In this document: one piece after another, positions 39,650 through 49,733 of the stretch
Layout: the number at the start of each line of letters is the position of its first letter
Position numbering within the stretch: position 1 is the first letter of the stretch
NCBI GenBank assembly: GCA_033764015.1
Contig: JANRJK010000019.1
Span: 1-64,000, forward strand
Origin: Candidatus Sumerlaeia bacterium
Lineage (GTDB): Bacteria > Sumerlaeota > Sumerlaeia > SLMS01 > JANRJK01
Length of the DNA stretch: 64,000 nucleotides
Direction: 5' to 3'
Made by a program: the position numbers and the translations under genes
Notes under the pieces: model-generated
Told to the model about the DNA's origin: nothing
What the model saw: only the letters and a program-made list of their open reading frames with translations
Database searches by the model: none

Positions 39650-42600
39650 ATGGAAGACGATCCGACCCCCGACGCGCGCGAGCTGGCGAACACCGTTCCG
39701 CTGCATGTCCCCAGCGACTTGCCGGCGAGACCGTCGCTATCGTACAACCGCCGCTTCCCGAACGCCCAGGACTCTTCGGATTCGGAGGAGGGCGACGACG
39801 ATGGCTCGCCGGAAACGCTCGCCCAGCAAGCGCCCGGCAGCCGCTCGGGATCCATCGGCAAGGCGATCCGCGACGGCGCGATCACTCACGACGCCGACGC
39901 GCTCGGCTTCCATTTCGAACGACTGATCGGCCGGGGCGGCATGGGCGAAGTTTGGGAGGCCGTCCAGGCACGCCTCGGGCGCATCGTCGCCGTCAAGCGC
40001 CTGCGCCCGCGCGGACGCGACTCCGACGATCATCACAGCACCGCCGCCCTGCACTCCTTCGAAGGCGAGGCGCTGACCGCCGCCCTCCTGGACCACCCGA
40101 ACATCGTGCCGGTCTACGACCTCGGCTTCGATTCCGCCGGCCGCCCCCTCATGGCGATGAAGCTGGTCCGCGGCACCAACTGGCAAAAAGTCATCGAGCG
40201 CGACTTCAAGGCCCTCGAACCGGAGGACTACCTCGCCAAGCACCTGCCCATCTTCATGCAGGTGGTCCAGGCGGTCCTCTTCGCGCACTCCCGCGGCGTC
40301 GTCCACCGCGACCTGAAGCCCACCCAGGTCATGATCGGAGAGTACGGCGAAGTGCTCCTCATGGACTGGGGCCTCGCCATGATGATCGGCGATCCGCCGA
40401 GCCACATCGACCGCTCCACGTACCACGCCCGCTACCCGACGGCGGCGACCGCGGACAACCCTTCCGGGACACCGGGCTACATGGCGCCCGAGCAGACCGA
40501 GATGTTCACCACGCGCATCGGCCCGTGGACGGACATCTACCTCCTCGGCGGGACGCTCTACCGGCTCCTCACCGGAAAGCTCCCGCATCCCGGACGCACC
40601 AGCCAGGAAGTCTACCTCCACGCCGCCCACGGAGTGGTCCAGCCGTTCGCGGAGGCGGCGCCGGGACGCCACGTGCCGGCGGACCTCGAACGCGTCGCGA
40701 TGTGGGCCATGCTGCCCAATCCGGCGGAACGCCCCACGGGACGCGAGTTCGCCGACGCGCTGCAGGAGTTCATGACCGGCTCCTCGAACCGCCGGGAATC
40801 CGAGCGCATCACCGACGAGATGGCGCTCGAAGCGCCGGACGACAACTACGCGGCCTACGTCGCGGGCCTGGCGAAGCTCGCCAACGCGATCCGCCTCTGG
40901 CCCGGCAACCACGACGTTGCGCCGCTGCGCGAGCGCCACCTGCTCGGCTACGCGAAGCTGGCGCTCCGCGAGGGCGACCTCTCCCTCGCCCGCGCGCAGG
41001 CGGAGCGGCTCGACGACGGCGAGGCCAAGCTCCGGCTGCTGAAGCAGATCGACGACGCGGCGCGCGCGGCCGCGCTCCAGAAGCGCCGCAACCAGCAGCT
41101 CGGGCTCGCCGCCGCCGCCATGCTCCTCGTCATCCTCGGCGGCGGCGCGGTCTTCACCCTCAGGCTCTCCGAGGCCAATCATGCCACCCGGGTGCAACTC
41201 GTCCTCACCAGCGAAGCCCGTATCGCGGAGGCGGACGCCCGCCGCGCGGCGCAGTTCGAGCTCCGCCGCGCCACGCTCCTCCTCGCCGAGTCGCTGATCG
41301 CCGAGGACCGCCTCGACGACGCCGTGAACGAGCTGCGCCGCATCCCCCTCGAAGAGCGCGGCCTCGAGTGGCGCTATCTGCTCACCAAGGCGCTCAAGGA
41401 CCTTTGGTACAGCCCCTACGAGTACATGCACTTCTCGCCCTCCCGCAGGTTCGTGCTGGGGAACTTGGAGGGGGAGGGCCTCGCCGCGCTCCTCGCGGAG
41501 CCCGGAACCGTGCTGGCGCCCCTGGTCGATGCCCTGCCGGACGGGTTGGTCGTCGCTTGGTCGCGCGACGAGTCGCTGTTGGCCCTCGACGCCCCGACGC
41601 TTCCGCTGACGGTTTGGGAAACGGATAGCTGGCGGGTGCTCCGCAGCGAGGACCCCTCGACCACCGACACGGTGCGCGCGATCGACTTCTCCCCGGACGG
41701 ACGCCAGCTCGCACTGGGCTACGAAAGCGGGCTCGTGACCGTGATGCCGCTCGCGGATGGATCCGAGCGGGCGCTCGCCCGCCATTCGACTCCGATCATC
41801 GGGGTTTTCTGGGGGGAGACCAAGTTGATGACGGCATCCCCCGACGAGCTTCGCCGGGTAGATCCGAAGAGTGGTGCACATACATTGGTCTACCGCACCG
41901 GAGCGGCCAGTGTTCCCTTCCGTCCTTTTAAGATTAGTGCGAACCGGCAGCGCACCCACGTCGCCTTCGGACATGTGTTTGAAAAGGTTGCCTCAGTGGG
42001 AATCGAGGCAGGCGTTCCCATTACCTACTCGCACCCAGCAATACAGTGGTCCTTTAGCGGTCTCCAACAGCACTTGATCCTTCCAGGGTTTGGATTCGAA
42101 CCGCAAGTGGCGGTCTACGACCTCGAGACCGGACAAGATGTGTCGCGAAGGGCGCAGCCGAAGGTGCAAGCTATCGATCAAAATAGTAGTTTGCATGTGG
42201 CGAACGATGTTCACTACGTGGACTTGTCCGCCGCGGAGGACGTCGCTCTGGTGCTCGAAAGGCGGCATGATTATGCATTGCGGAACTACCCCTCATTCTC
42301 CGCCCTCTTGAACGGCAAGTCCGTTTACTCTGGCAGGGAAATGGACCGTGTCACACTCCATCCATCAGGGCGGGCCCTTTGGGTGGCGCGCCCCGGCGGC
42401 CCCACCCGGACAGTCCCGGCTTCCTCGGCGTGGGCGGGACTTCCCATCCCCGGCAGCTACCCGAGCTTCGGGACCAACGACGCCTATATCGCTGCGTTGC
42501 AGCACGAATCTCACGACCACTTCGACCCCTCCACTGGTGAGAGAATTTTCGACTCGGGAGGCAAATTCAACATCTACCGGGGTTCCGACATGTCTGAGGA

Positions 42601-44455
42601 TCGGAAGCGCTTCCTTCTTCCCGGGGTGCGGAGCGAAAAATACACCGTCCGTGTGTTCGACTACGAGAAGAAAGTATTGTTGAAAGAGCATGTCTTCGAC
42701 TTCGGCTTCCGACGCGCCTTCTTCTCCGCCGAGAAGTCCACCATTGGGTTCCTCGCCCCCGATGGGACAAATGCTGAAATCTATTCATTGTCGGGCGATT
42801 CGCCAGTACTCCTCATCGAAATGAAGGCGGAGGCAGAAGACATTTTCACGTTCGGATCGAGCTCGCCGGATGGTGCGACATACTATCTGGGTACCATGTC
42901 CGGGCGGCTATGTGTGGTCGATGCTGCGAAAGGCACCGTTCTCCGCGAGTTCGAGCCGACCCCCAACCCGATCCTACTCATTTCACAACGCCTCGACGGT
43001 CACTTGGTGGTGATTGACAACTCGAACATCGTGACGTTGGTTTCCGCAATCGACGGCACCATGGTGAACCGGGTACCCTTCAGCTTCGAGCCGCAGGGGC
43101 TGGCGGTTTCGCGGGCGGGCGACTTGGTCGCCTCTTGGAGCGAGTCGGGGCAGATCGAGGTGCGCAGACTCGGGGATGGCACGGTCGTCTCCCAGTCCAA
43201 GCGGACGGACTTCCCGCTCTTCGCGCTCCGCTTCGTCGGCGGCGACTCGCGGCTCATGGCATACGGAGACGGCGAGGCCCGCCTGTTCGATCCCGCTACC
43301 GGCGAAGACATCTTCACGATCCGGGATGGCTTCGGATCGCTCAGCGCGAGCGAGGACATGTACCTCGCGGAGGTCGAGGCCGGCAGGATCAGCGCACTGG
43401 TGTCGCTGGCCCCGAAGGAAGCCTTCGCGGAAGTCGGCGCCGCGGGTTCCGACTCGGCGGATGCGGCCCTCCACCGCTGGCGGCTCGACCGATACAGGAC
43501 ATGGCACCAGTACGCGATCCGGCACCGCGTCCACCCGGGCTGGAGCGCGGGGGCGGCGGTCTTGGAGCCCGGGGCGGTTCCCGCCTTGCGCGATTTCAGC
43601 TACCTATTCTCGATCGGCGAAGTCCCCGCCAACGATACGGCACTTCGGTTCCCCCGGACACGGCTCGAGCTCTTCGCCGCGTTCACGCTCGCCGCCGACC
43701 TGTTCCGATCTCCAATTGAGGACGGCTTTACGGAGTTCCCGGTCCTGAACGCGACCGCCCAGGCGGCGCCGGAGCTGTTCAACGGCCCCGTGGGATCCGC
43801 GGCGATCCTCATCGGCTCGGCCTACAGCCGGCGCTTGGAGGAGTCGCCCAGGATCGACTCGGAAGTGTGGGCCTTCGCTAGCCTGCTCCGCCACCAGCTC
43901 GACGCCGCGCGCGCACTCGCGGAACGCGGCGACCGCGAGGCGGCCTCCGCCGTGCTGCTGCGCGCCGCCGCGCATGTCCGGCTCGCAGACACACCCACGG
44001 GAGATTGGGAGTACGAACTCCGGCGCCTTGGCCTCGAACTTCCGGTACCTCCGCCGGCGGAGCTGGTGCGCGGGCCGAACATGGGAAGCCCGCCCTTCGT
44101 GCTGGAGCGCATGGCCATGCTCGATCCGATGGCGCCGCTGGAGGTGCGCGCCGCGGTCGCGAAGCAGGCCGCCGACGAGTACGCCGAGCGCGCGCGCGAG
44201 TACCTCGACCGCGTCGCCCCCCTTGTGGACTGGGACGCCCTGGTCGCCCGCCACGCGCCGTTCCCAGAGGACTCACCCGTCCGCGAGGGCGTCCCCTTCG
44301 GACCCTACATCGCCGAGCGCCTCCCCGACCTTGAGCGGGGCGTGCTCGGCGGGCTCACGCTCGACGAGGCGCTGGAAGCGGAGCGCCGCCGCATCGAGGA
44401 GTTGTTCGCACCTCCCGCCATCCCGGACAGCGGCAGCCGGGTAGTCGCTCCCTAG
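39650..44455 (+). CDS. Hanks-type Ser/Thr protein kinase with TM helix and WD40/beta-propeller region
   Basis: IGRGGMGEVW, VAVK, HPNIVPVYD, HRDLKP, DWG, GTPGYMAPEQ, DIYLLG; TM; WD-like units (AIDFSPDGRQLALG). Confidence 0.92.
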   Translation: MEDDPTPDARELANTVPLHVPSDLPARPSLSYNRRFPNAQDSSDSEEGDDDGSPETLAQQAPGSRSGSIGKAIRDGAITHDADALGFHFERLIGRGGMGEVWEAVQARLGRIVAVKRLRPRGRDSDDHHSTAALHSFEGEALTAALLDHPNIVPVYDLGFDSAGRPLMAMKLVRGTNWQKVIERDFKALEPEDYLAKHLPIFMQVVQAVLFAHSRGVVHRDLKPTQVMIGEYGEVLLMDWGLAMMIGDPPSHIDRSTYHARYPTAATADNPSGTPGYMAPEQTEMFTTRIGPWTDIYLLGGTLYRLLTGKLPHPGRTSQEVYLHAAHGVVQPFAEAAPGRHVPADLERVAMWAMLPNPAERPTGREFADALQEFMTGSSNRRESERITDEMALEAPDDNYAAYVAGLAKLANAIRLWPGNHDVAPLRERHLLGYAKLALREGDLSLARAQAERLDDGEAKLRLLKQIDDAARAAALQKRRNQQLGLAAAAMLLVILGGGAVFTLRLSEANHATRVQLVLTSEARIAEADARRAAQFELRRATLLLAESLIAEDRLDDAVNELRRIPLEERGLEWRYLLTKALKDLWYSPYEYMHFSPSRRFVLGNLEGEGLAALLAEPGTVLAPLVDALPDGLVVAWSRDESLLALDAPTLPLTVWETDSWRVLRSEDPSTTDTVRAIDFSPDGRQLALGYESGLVTVMPLADGSERALARHSTPIIGVFWGETKLMTASPDELRRVDPKSGAHTLVYRTGAASVPFRPFKISANRQRTHVAFGHVFEKVASVGIEAGVPITYSHPAIQWSFSGLQQHLILPGFGFEPQVAVYDLETGQDVSRRAQPKVQAIDQNSSLHVANDVHYVDLSAAEDVALVLERRHDYALRNYPSFSALLNGKSVYSGREMDRVTLHPSGRALWVARPGGPTRTVPASSAWAGLPIPGSYPSFGTNDAYIAALQHESHDHFDPSTGERIFDSGGKFNIYRGSDMSEDRKRFLLPGVRSEKYTVRVFDYEKKVLLKEHVFDFGFRRAFFSAEKSTIGFLAPDGTNAEIYSLSGDSPVLLIEMKAEAEDIFTFGSSSPDGATYYLGTMSGRLCVVDAAKGTVLREFEPTPNPILLISQRLDGHLVVIDNSNIVTLVSAIDGTMVNRVPFSFEPQGLAVSRAGDLVASWSESGQIEVRRLGDGTVVSQSKRTDFPLFALRFVGGDSRLMAYGDGEARLFDPATGEDIFTIRDGFGSLSASEDMYLAEVEAGRISALVSLAPKEAFAEVGAAGSDSADAALHRWRLDRYRTWHQYAIRHRVHPGWSAGAAVLEPGAVPALRDFSYLFSIGEVPANDTALRFPRTRLELFAAFTLAADLFRSPIEDGFTEFPVLNATAQAAPELFNGPVGSAAILIGSAYSRRLEESPRIDSEVWAFASLLRHQLDAARALAERGDREAASAVLLRAAAHVRLADTPTGDWEYELRRLGLELPVPPPAELVRGPNMGSPPFVLERMAMLDPMAPLEVRAAVAKQAADEYAERAREYLDRVAPLVDWDALVARHAPFPEDSPVREGVPFGPYIAERLPDLERGVLGGLTLDEALEAERRRIEELFAPPAIPDSGSRVVAP

Positions 44456-44465
44456 ACAAAGAGAT

Positions 44466-44495
44466 CGGGCTCCGGGAGTCGCCTCCCGGAGCCCG
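44466..44495. terminator. Probable bidirectional terminator between convergent genes
   Basis: Perfect 13-bp stem CGGGCTCCGGGAG/CTCCCGGAGCCCG. Confidence 0.7.
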
Positions 44496-44521
44496 TCTTG
44501 TACCGCGTTGTTGCACTCGCG

Positions 44522-47500
44522 CTACCTTGCCGGCGCCGGCGTCGGCGTGGGCGACGGCAGCGGCGTCGGCGTGGCGGCGGGGATCGATTCGTCCTCCGCG
44601 TCCGCCGAGCGCGCGCCCGTCGAGACCCGCAGGTTGTAGGTGTTCGTGCCGCGCGTCGCGCCGTAGACGCGGACGAGGAGTTGCGAGCGCCCGCCGGTCG
44701 GGATGTTCAGCGACTCGTTCACGTCGAGGTTCGGCGTGAAGTTGCCGAACAGGATGTCGTAACCGCAGCCCGGATCGACCGCCATCACCATGAAGTAGAG
44801 CTGGCCGGAGAGCTTGTTCGCCTCCATCCGAACGTTGATCGACGAGAGCCCCGTGGTATTGACGAGGTAGAAGTCGTCGTCCTTCAGGATCAGGTCGTTG
44901 TAGGTCTGGCCGAGGTTGATCGACGTGAACTGGCACGGCGAGTTGTTCGGTTCGAGCGCGTCGTCGGCGCCGAGTTCCGCGATGGTCACCGAGTACGACG
45001 GGTTGGTCGCCCCGCCCTCGCCGTAGATCCGCAGGAAGAGCTCCGTTCCGACACCGGAGCGGTCCACGTAGGTGAACGTCTCCTGGTTGGTGGTCGAGTA
45101 GCTCTCCGCGAGGCGCAGCGGGAAGCCGCCCGAATCGGTGCAGCGGCCGTCGTAAAGTTCCGCGTTTAGATTACCGTTCGCGTGGGTGAAGTTCACCGTG
45201 ACTCGCAACGTGCCGCAGGACGCGTTCGGCAGGCGGTACCAATCCTCGTTGAGGGAAACCAGCCCCGACGTCGTGCCAACCGGCAGCGAGGGGCGGGAGC
45301 GGGCCTCGGTGAGGTTGTTGTTCGACTCGAAGGAGTCGTCGCTGGGCGGGGCGCTGCCGGACTGCGTGACGGTCACCGAGGTACCCGCCACGGTGATCGT
45401 GCCCTGCCGCTGCGAGAGCCCGCTGTTCTGCGTCACCGTCACCTGCACGGTGCCCCCGCCAGTACCGGACGTGGGCGAGAGCGTCACCCAGTCGAGCGAT
45501 TCGCTGCTGTCCCACGCGCAGCTCGGCGCGGAGGCGGTGACCGTGAGGTTCTGCGATCCCGAGGAGGCGCCGAAGCTCAGGCTAGTTGGCGATGCGGAAA
45601 CTGTGCAGGGCGGCGCATCGCACTCGTCCGGGATCCCGTTGCTGTTCGTGTCCTGCGACGTGCCCGCGATCGAGGCTGGGCCGGTGAGCGTAAAGCTGTA
45701 CGCGCCACCGGCGCCGTTGAAGCCGCCGAGCCGGATCGAGTAGACCGTGCCAGCCACCGCATTGAAGGTTGCGATGGATCGCGTGCTGGTGGCGCAGGAG
45801 CTGTCGTCGTTGCAGGCGACTTCCGCGCCGCCGCATCCGTCCGTCACGACGATCACGGTGTCGAAGGACGAGTCGCATGCGGAGATGGTCGCTTGGCCGC
45901 TCTGCGCCGGCCAGTAGGTGTAGAACACGCTCTTGCCGACATCCGCGCAGGATGCGGCGACAAGGTCCGTCGCCAGCGCCGATGTGTTGCCCGTGTAGGT
46001 GAAGCCCGGACCGATGTCCGGCCCGGCGCCGCACGACGCGGAGCCGACTGCCGCGGCGAGGTTCACCACGTCATAGAAGTCCGGCACACCGTTGCCGTTG
46101 CAGTCTTGGATGATCTCAAGGGACACGGCGATGGTCTGCGGCGAGTTGGATGCTCCAGACGCCGTCACGGTGATGGTCGCGTTGTAGCTCCCAGGCGTCA
46201 GGCCAGAGGTCGAGTAGGTAACGGTGACCGTATCCTCTTCGCCCGTCGAAGTGCCGCTGGTGGGCGAGACGGAGAGCCAAGTCTGGTTGTCGGACACCGT
46301 ATAGGAGAGCGTGCCGGCCCCGCTGTTGCGCACCGTGAAAGTGTCGTTGCCCGGGCCCGAGCTTTCGGTGCCGACGGGGGCCAGGGTGGTCTTGTTGAGC
46401 GCGATGACCGGCGTCGCTGCGCCCGGGATCGCGTCGAAGGCGCGCTGCACGTTGACGAAGGGCTTGGTGATCCCCGGGTTCAGGCCGCCATTCTTCGTGT
46501 CGGTGATGTTGTCCCCGTTGTTGACGAGGAGCGTGCGCATCTCGGAGGCGGTATAGTACGACCCGCGCTTCGTGAAGGATGCGGACTGGAGGATGGCGAT
46601 CACGCCCGCCACATACGGCGTGGCGGCGGAGGTGCCGCCAAAGCTCTGCGTGTAGTTCCCCGTCGAATACCCGGCCGTGCCCACGAGGTCCGTCGCCGCC
46701 GCGTTGTTCGACGGGGCGAAGACGTCCATGAAGCTGGCGACGTTCGAATACATCGTCACCTTCTTGGCCGAGGTGGCTTCGAAAGCGAGGTCGAGGCCGC
46801 CGCACTGCGCATCCGCCGTGGCGCCCGCATAGCAGGTCGAGTTGTCCAGGCAGAAGCCGATGGTGCCGATATTGGCGTCGTAGGCGGCGCCGACTCGGAT
46901 GATCGGCGACACGCAGGCGGGCGCGGCGATCTGGTTGCAGAAGCCGTTGTTGCCCGTCGCCGCGACTACGATGATCCCGGCGGCGATGGCCGAGTTGGCG
47001 GCGTTCAGGTACGAGGGGTTGCTCGCGTCGCAGCTCGACGCGCTCGTGAAGCCACCGCCGCCGAGCGACATGCTCATCACCCGGATTGGCGCGCTGGGCA
47101 CCACGGTGCGGTTCGTCACGCACCAGTCCATGCCCTGCACGATGTCGATGCTCGAGGCGAACTGGTCCGCGCCGTCGGGGAACACCTTCACTGCGGCGAT
47201 GCGCGCGTCGGGCGCGACGCCGCCGATGTAGCTCCCGGGCGAGCCGGCGCCGCTCGGCACGCCGCCGCCCGAAATGCCCGCGCAGGCTGTGCCGTGGGCG
47301 CCGGTGGCGTTGCGAGGATCGCTGTCGCCCGCGCCGCCCGCCGCGGTGCCTGCTGTGTCGATGCCGCTCACCACCTTGGAGTTCGGGAAGCCACCGCCCC
47401 CAAGGTCCGGGTGCGTGTAGTCCACGCCGTCGTCGAGGATCGCGATCGTCATTCCGGCGCCGCGGTGCGTGGTACGGACCGTCGTCGCGTTCAGGAGCGG

Positions 47501-48007
47501 GATCCCTTCCGCATCGAAGCGCTCGGCGAAGCGCTCCGGCTCGACCGACTGCACGCGCGGGTCCTCCAGCAGCGCCGCGAGGCCGGTCGCGTCCACGTCC
47601 ACGGCGAAGGCCGCGAAATTCTCGTAAACCGCCATCACCTCGTGCGCGTTCTTGTCGAGCTGCGCCAGCACGTCCTTGCTGTGCGACGTCACCTGCGAGC
47701 GCCACACCGAGAGGTCCGCGTCGGAGGACCAGTCCACCTGCGCCCGCGAGCGCTGCGGCGGATCGATCAGATTCACGATCACGCGCATGCGTCCGCTCTC
47801 CGCGCGGGTGGAGGCGAAGATCGTCTCGGGCTCGATCAGCTTCGGCGAGCCGGGATGGAACTCGAGGAGCTGGCGGCTGAAGGCGGCCTGCTCCGTGTTG
47901 CTCGGCTTTGCAGCTGCCGGCAGGCGCGGTTCGGCGGCGGCGCCGAACGCCATCGCGGCGAAGACAGCGAGGACGGCGGCGCGACGCCAAGAGGTTTTAA
48001 GTGTCAT
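44522..48007 (-). CDS. Secreted S8 serine protease with BACON and PPC-like domains
   Basis: Signal peptide from ATG 48007; ILDDGVD, HGTACAG, GTSAATP; WLSVSPTSG/WVTLSPTSG BACON-like; DDSFESNN/DDALEPNN repeats. Confidence 0.9.
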   Translation of the reverse strand: MTLKTSWRRAAVLAVFAAMAFGAAAEPRLPAAAKPSNTEQAAFSRQLLEFHPGSPKLIEPETIFASTRAESGRMRVIVNLIDPPQRSRAQVDWSSDADLSVWRSQVTSHSKDVLAQLDKNAHEVMAVYENFAAFAVDVDATGLAALLEDPRVQSVEPERFAERFDAEGIPLLNATTVRTTHRGAGMTIAILDDGVDYTHPDLGGGGFPNSKVVSGIDTAGTAAGGAGDSDPRNATGAHGTACAGISGGGVPSGAGSPGSYIGGVAPDARIAAVKVFPDGADQFASSIDIVQGMDWCVTNRTVVPSAPIRVMSMSLGGGGFTSASSCDASNPSYLNAANSAIAAGIIVVAATGNNGFCNQIAAPACVSPIIRVGAAYDANIGTIGFCLDNSTCYAGATADAQCGGLDLAFEATSAKKVTMYSNVASFMDVFAPSNNAAATDLVGTAGYSTGNYTQSFGGTSAATPYVAGVIAILQSASFTKRGSYYTASEMRTLLVNNGDNITDTKNGGLNPGITKPFVNVQRAFDAIPGAATPVIALNKTTLAPVGTESSGPGNDTFTVRNSGAGTLSYTVSDNQTWLSVSPTSGTSTGEEDTVTVTYSTSGLTPGSYNATITVTASGASNSPQTIAVSLEIIQDCNGNGVPDFYDVVNLAAAVGSASCGAGPDIGPGFTYTGNTSALATDLVAASCADVGKSVFYTYWPAQSGQATISACDSSFDTVIVVTDGCGGAEVACNDDSSCATSTRSIATFNAVAGTVYSIRLGGFNGAGGAYSFTLTGPASIAGTSQDTNSNGIPDECDAPPCTVSASPTSLSFGASSGSQNLTVTASAPSCAWDSSESLDWVTLSPTSGTGGGTVQVTVTQNSGLSQRQGTITVAGTSVTVTQSGSAPPSDDSFESNNNLTEARSRPSLPVGTTSGLVSLNEDWYRLPNASCGTLRVTVNFTHANGNLNAELYDGRCTDSGGFPLRLAESYSTTNQETFTYVDRSGVGTELFLRIYGEGGATNPSYSVTIAELGADDALEPNNSPCQFTSINLGQTYNDLILKDDDFYLVNTTGLSSINVRMEANKLSGQLYFMVMAVDPGCGYDILFGNFTPNLDVNESLNIPTGGRSQLLVRVYGATRGTNTYNLRVSTGARSADAEDESIPAATPTPLPSPTPTPAPAR

Positions 48008-48089
48008 GTGGTTCACCGTGGGGCGGAATGGTCCGAGTTGTCCCGCCCCGGAGCCGTCTCTGCAAGCGTCTTCTAACCCCCCGCCCGGT

Positions 48090-48118
48090 TTGACAACCGG
48101 GGCCCGCCGCGCCATGCT
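48090..48118 (+). promoter_or_regulatory. Putative sigma70 promoter
   Basis: TTGACA-17 bp-CATGCT upstream of ATG 48153. Confidence 0.45.
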
Positions 48119-48152
48119 TCCAGCCTGTAGCCGCGCGAGAGGAACCCCGCCA

Positions 48153-48752
48153 ATGCCCGATACCCCCGAGCCCCGCCCCGCCCCGTTGGGCCAGATCGAC
48201 CTCTCCGCGGAGGTCGGCAAGGGTCCCCTCTCCTGGGCCGACGCGCTGAAGGAACTCGAATCGGCCACCCCGGCCCCGAAGCCGCAGCCCCGCCCCAAGG
48301 CGGAGGCGCCCGCCGCGGCTCCGGCCCCGCCCGCCGAGCCCACTCCGGCTCCCGCGCCAACGCTCCGCGCCGGCGAGCCCAACAGCCGCTACGACCAGAT
48401 CCGCCGCACCCCGGGAATGCAGGTGAAGACCGAGGACGTCAAGATCCTCGACGAGCTGTCGACGATCCTCGGCTACGTCAACTCCGCGTCCGCCGCGCTG
48501 GCCAAGTTCACCAAGGACCACCCGACGCTGGTGGCGCCCAACATTTCGTATCTCTGGCAGGACAACTTGAAGGAGACCTCGACCGTCATGCTGCGCGAGT
48601 TCCACGCGCTGCGGAACGGGCGCCTCGCCAAGAGCTACGACAAGCGCAACGTTTGCACCAAGTGCCACACGGTCTACATGTCGCCGCTCCCGGACGGCAT
48701 CTGCGACGAGTGCCGCAGCAACACCGGCGACCACACGACGGGCGAGTACTAG
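48153..48752 (+). CDS. Hypothetical protein with C-terminal zinc ribbon
   Basis: Pro/Ala linker; CTKC-x13-CDEC; GAGGA upstream; host-like codon usage. Confidence 0.7.
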   Translation: MPDTPEPRPAPLGQIDLSAEVGKGPLSWADALKELESATPAPKPQPRPKAEAPAAAPAPPAEPTPAPAPTLRAGEPNSRYDQIRRTPGMQVKTEDVKILDELSTILGYVNSASAALAKFTKDHPTLVAPNISYLWQDNLKETSTVMLREFHALRNGRLAKSYDKRNVCTKCHTVYMSPLPDGICDECRSNTGDHTTGEY

Positions 48753-48759
48753 CCCCTCC

Positions 48760-49635
48760 TTGTCCTTCCTCGGCAAGCTCTTCAAGAGCACGCAAAGCGC
48801 CGTCCCGCTTGTGCCGGGATGCCTTGCGGCGCTCGCCCATGGCTTCCGCTTCGAGGTGCCCCCCGCCGAATTCCCCGCGCGCCTCGCGGAGCTGCAGTCC
48901 CGCGGCATCGTCGCGGGCCTCTGGGCGGAGCTGAACCCGCAACTCGCGGAAGCCGCGGAGGCGCTCCTCGCGGCGCCGCCCGCCGATTCCATCGCACGCT
49001 GGCGGTCGCCGGGCGCGGCCTCCGCGCTCTTCCTCGGCGCCGAGCCCCCCGCCGGATCGCGGCGCGACCTCCAGTGGTTCAAGGCCGGCCTCCCCCTCGG
49101 CGGCCTCCGCGCCGAGCCCGCCCACCTGCTCGCGCCCGACAGCGAGCGCTCCTTCCGCTGCGACCCGGCCGCAACCCCCCGGCTCCGGTTCCGCGAGGAG
49201 TGGGAAGCGGAACTGGTGATGGCGCTCGCCCGCCCGCGGCCCCTCGCCGCGGACCGCGATCCTTGGGAGGAACTCGGCGCCGAGCTCGACATCCCCGCCG
49301 CCGAGGTCCTTGCCGCGCTCAAGCGCCTCACGGTCGAGGGCGTGCTGCGGCGCGTGGCGCTTCGCTGGAGCCCCGCGGGCCTAGGCTGGCGCGGCTGCGG
49401 GCTCGCGGAGTGGGACTTCGAGGACGCCGCCGGGGCGGCACCGGCCGGCGACGCGCTGGCGGGCCTCCTGGGCACCGGCGATGTGGCGTGGCGCGAAGGC
49501 CCGGGCGGGAGCCCCCGCCTGACCGCGCTCTTCCTTGCTCCCGGCGAGGGCGTCGGCCGCGCGGCGGCGGAATCCGTCGCCGCGCAATGGTCCCGGCCCC
49601 TTGCCGCGTGGACCACTCTCCCGGAACTCCGCTAA
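48760..49635 (+). CDS. Divergent NirD/L-AhbA/B-like (Lrp/AsnC fold) protein
   Basis: LVMAL.RPRPL..DPWEELGAELDIP..EVL..LKRL..EGVLRRV resembles the siroheme decarboxylase HTH; usual conserved residues poorly matched. Confidence 0.55.
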   Translation: MSFLGKLFKSTQSAVPLVPGCLAALAHGFRFEVPPAEFPARLAELQSRGIVAGLWAELNPQLAEAAEALLAAPPADSIARWRSPGAASALFLGAEPPAGSRRDLQWFKAGLPLGGLRAEPAHLLAPDSERSFRCDPAATPRLRFREEWEAELVMALARPRPLAADRDPWEELGAELDIPAAEVLAALKRLTVEGVLRRVALRWSPAGLGWRGCGLAEWDFEDAAGAAPAGDALAGLLGTGDVAWREGPGGSPRLTALFLAPGEGVGRAAAESVAAQWSRPLAAWTTLPELR

Positions 49636-49733
49636 ACCACCCCTCGAAGCCAAACCCGCCGCGCTAAGGACTTGTCCCACTTACCGGGTCCAGTCGGAAT
49701 AACCCGGATTCGCAGCCTCCCCGAAGGCGGACC

